Shown here in pieces: positions 60,769 through 64,000 of a stretch of 64,000 nt of DNA. The translations under genes and the position numbers were made by a program. Numbering within the stretch: position 1 is the stretch's first letter; every line of letters starts with the position of its first letter. The notes under the pieces are model-generated. The model searched no databases. It saw only the letters and a list, made by a program, of their open reading frames with translations, and was not told the DNA's origin. This DNA comes from Podarcis erhardii. Taxonomy: Eukaryota. The stretch is from NCBI GenBank assembly GCA_964252035.1, contig OZ176200.1; one strand, 5' to 3'.

Positions 60769-63700
60769 TGAACTGCTCGGATTTTCTGTTCTATGAACTA
60801 TTGTACACAAAAGAGTTCTGGTTCCATGTTGACTCTGGCAACCTTTAACGTGGAGTCTGAAGGAAACTGACTTCAGCAGCCAATTGAAATTGAGCCTCTG
60901 CCTTTGAAATTAGTATGTCTGGGATTCTCTCTGTTAATCATGCTGGCATTAGTTCACTCATGCCACAATTATTATTTGAGATAGGCACTCTTTTAATAGA
61001 ACACTTTGCTTTGGCTAAGCAGGTGAAAGGAGCTATACTGTACCACTCCTCTTTAATCACAGCGTAATTGCATCTTGGAGCCCAGCATTTAATTTGGAAC
61101 TTTTGCTAAAAGGTTCCCTTGAACAAATGGAGGTTAAAATAGCAGTATCAATACTTCTTTTTGATGGAAAGTTGGAATTCCTATAGCCGTTAGAGAAATA
61201 TGTGGATCTTTTAAATACTGCTTCAGACCTTATGTGGAAGAAAGCTTGAGCATGAAATTCTAAATGCAAATTTTCTTGCTTCAGGCTTCAGTTTTAAGTC
61301 CAGTGGAACTATTTCTGTGTGCAAATGCCTTTTTGCATGTATGTGAAACTAAAACGGCACAGAATCCCACCCTACCCCACCCCATTCTGCACACCCTTAT
61401 CTGTGCAAAGGTAATATTGCAGGACATTTTAATGTCAGAATTCTTTTTATAGCACTTGTTGGTGGGGTGGGGGAGATTTATTCAGAGCCCTCTCTGCCCT
61501 ATGACAAAGGCCACCAGATTGATGTGGAAGGAACTGGGGTGATTGTCATGTTCCAAACTTGGTGGAATTTGAGACTTGATTCTAAGTTGCTTTGGGTCTG
61601 TTAATTTAAAGGGTTTTTTTTGGTCAGTTCATCAGATGGGAACAAAAGACTTGCTCTGGATCTGCTGTCATCATCAGTTTCTTAAAACATTTTTAAAAGA
61701 AAAATTATTTTTAATTATAACTAATATCTTCTAGATCTAATAAAGGCATTGTAATAGTCCTATGAAAATGGGGTTTTTCAGCACTGTTGTATAAAACTCT
61801 ACTCAGTTTCCTATATATAAGGGTTAAGTCAATGGTATACTAGACAGTCAGTTTAATGGGGTTCATCTTATTCATTCCAGGTTATTTTTGGCTAGGTCAC
61901 AGTATGAAACCTTGGTATATGGGCTGAGGAAAATGGTGGAGAGTTTAAAACATGCTGAAGTGGCCATCAAATGCTGAACAAAAGACAGCAGATCCAGCTT
62001 TCCCCGTCAACGCATCTGTTGGACTTCTGCCTGTAATGCAGCTCCTAAAGGCATAGGGCCTACGTGAAAGGATGAACAACTTTATCAATATATACTGAGT
62101 TCCCACAGCCACTAGTAGTGTGGCAAATGTGGGTTATGAGATGTGAGTTTGAAAGTGTGGTGAACGAATCACACAAACATTTTGCAGTACTTCAGACTTT
62201 CTGCTAATACACACCCTGTATGTACTCATGTGAATGGACCCTTGTTCTGATTAAATGAAAAAGGTTTATGTAATGTTAGAAAAAATCTACTGCAGGGCAA
62301 GGTCTACAGTTCTCAAAGTACAGCTGGGGTCCTGAGGGAAAGGAAGCAGACCTGGCAAGATTAAGTAAGAATATTCCCAGATCTGCAGAGATCCGCTTAC
62401 AGAAGTGTGGGTGTCTACAAAGGACTCTGCTGGGATTAGAAAGCACTGGGATCTTTGTACAAAACCACAGGCCTTTCTCTTTACTTCAGTAAATAAGATT
62501 CTTGTTAAATTTATTTTGCTTTTCTGTTGCTCATCCTCACCCTTGCACGACTACCCTTCTAAGAGGCCACTAGCAGAAAGGGACACGTCCTTGTGGGAGA
62601 TAGTGCTGACAAGGTCAAAATATACTTCCGTGGGAAACTCTCTTTGCCTTGGAACCATGCCCCATAACTGAAACGATATCTTCCACCTATCTGTCTCCTC
62701 TACCACACAAATTCCTGACACTATGCTGTTCATATGTAAGGTGAAACATAGGTTCTTATTATCATACAGATGTAATGTTTTAAAGCTCATAGCCATGTCC
62801 ACTGTTTGTGTAGACTGTTTCTCTGGCTCAAGCACCTTCCCCTAGAGGCATGGATATAGACCTTTAAAGTTTACTCTGTGCAATCTTTTGCATGTCTATT
62901 CAAAAGCAAGCCCCACTGAGTGCAATGAGACTCGGCCTGCCAACACATTACCAGTTTAAAACAAAGCCAGATCGTTCTTTTTCTCAATTCAGAAATTAGG
63001 TGGCTTGGGGGAAAGCACTTCAAAATGCAGCATTTCATGACATGTCTAAACCATTTCCCAAACCAGCAGTGGGAGCATGCTGTGTGCAGAGTAAACAGGT
63101 GTGTGTGCTGGTCTTACTCCCAGGTAAGTAAGAACAGGATTGCAAATAATCCTGTAATAACAGTTCTTTTGTCAGGATGAGGTTTAGTATTTTTAGCCTG
63201 TCTAGTTTGAGCCCTGGAAATATTCACATTTTTATCACTAGAATATAGTCCTTAATACAGCTGGGGGGGGGGGAATCTGCATAATAAGAAATAAAAGGGA
63301 ATTTTCATTTTGCCGATAAGAATAGTTCGCTTTCCCAGTGCATGTATTATCAGCAGTATTTAATACAATACAGCAAAGTCTGCTTGCATTTATACACACA
63401 GATACACCACCTCAGAATAAATGTGGCATATATGCCATAGCTCCACTATGGGTGATATTTTTAAAAACTTTTTTGGGGGGGGGCACACAAACCCAGCCTT
63501 ACGAATTAAAAGTAGCACTGCATGGACTTGATTGTTTCTATTTGCAGAGATTTTTCTTTTTATCATGGGGGAGCACTGAAAAGTGATACCCCAACCCCAG
63601 CCCCAGTAGTAGGCAATGCTATCGTGTCTTCCCAAAGGTGTCTCAGTAGGAGAAGGGAAAGCTGTATCACTTTTGTTTCCCACTCCACATACTTGTACGC

Positions 63701-64000
63701 CTGTCATCGGAATATGCCCAAGGCCCAGTGCTCAATAAGGTACGGCTCTGGAAATCTGGCTTTCTACACCTATAGTATGGATGGAGCACCTGTGGCACTC
63801 TGGATGTTGTTGGACTCCAAGTGTGAGCAGAATGGCAGAGCCATTATGTGTTCTCCCACCACCATAGCTGCACCACACTGACCTCACTGCTGCCTCTCCC
63901 CTCTCCCAGTAAGCACAGCTACACAGCTGATGCAAGGCCAGGTGTGTGGCGCTGCCCCTCCCATCAGGACCCCTCCTGTTGAACATACATAGCAAGGTCA

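Noticed and set aside
55493-64000. ANO1 exon 2, or a promoter or CpG island
   Set aside because: No sequence encoding GLYFRDG...VDYILVY or EYEGNL...LELE was found and there is no CpG island; the region is read as intron 2.

Overview
Vertebrate genomic DNA from a squamate reptile; the Sauria-type SINE and the Tigger/hAT MITE repertoire suggest a lacertid lizard (inference). The window lies inside one gene, ANO1 (anoctamin-1/TMEM16A Ca2+-activated Cl- channel), on the minus strand. I traced by hand 23 consecutive coding exons, 55492 down to 1674: human-numbered exons 3-24 plus 6b, 2213 nt, frame open, all introns GT-AG, phases consistent. They include the three cassette segments known from mammals: b (exon 6b, 66 nt), c (12-nt EAVK micro-exon) and d (exon 15, 78 nt). 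Exons 1-2 and 25-26 were not found and should lie outside the window. Most real exons are missing from the supplied ORF track, and nearly all listed ORFs are spurious or transposon-derived. Introns carry hAT, Tigger and Tc2-like MITEs, L2 and CR1 fragments, SINEs and microsatellites. The least-explained structures are a 248-bp insert between perfect 59-bp direct repeats, a 1.05-kb MITE containing an array of 44-bp palindromes with concerted arm changes, and a well-formed antisense exon candidate. I see no evidence of a wholly new multi-gene system. Comparisons with human ANO1 and repeat-family names come from recall, not from database searches.
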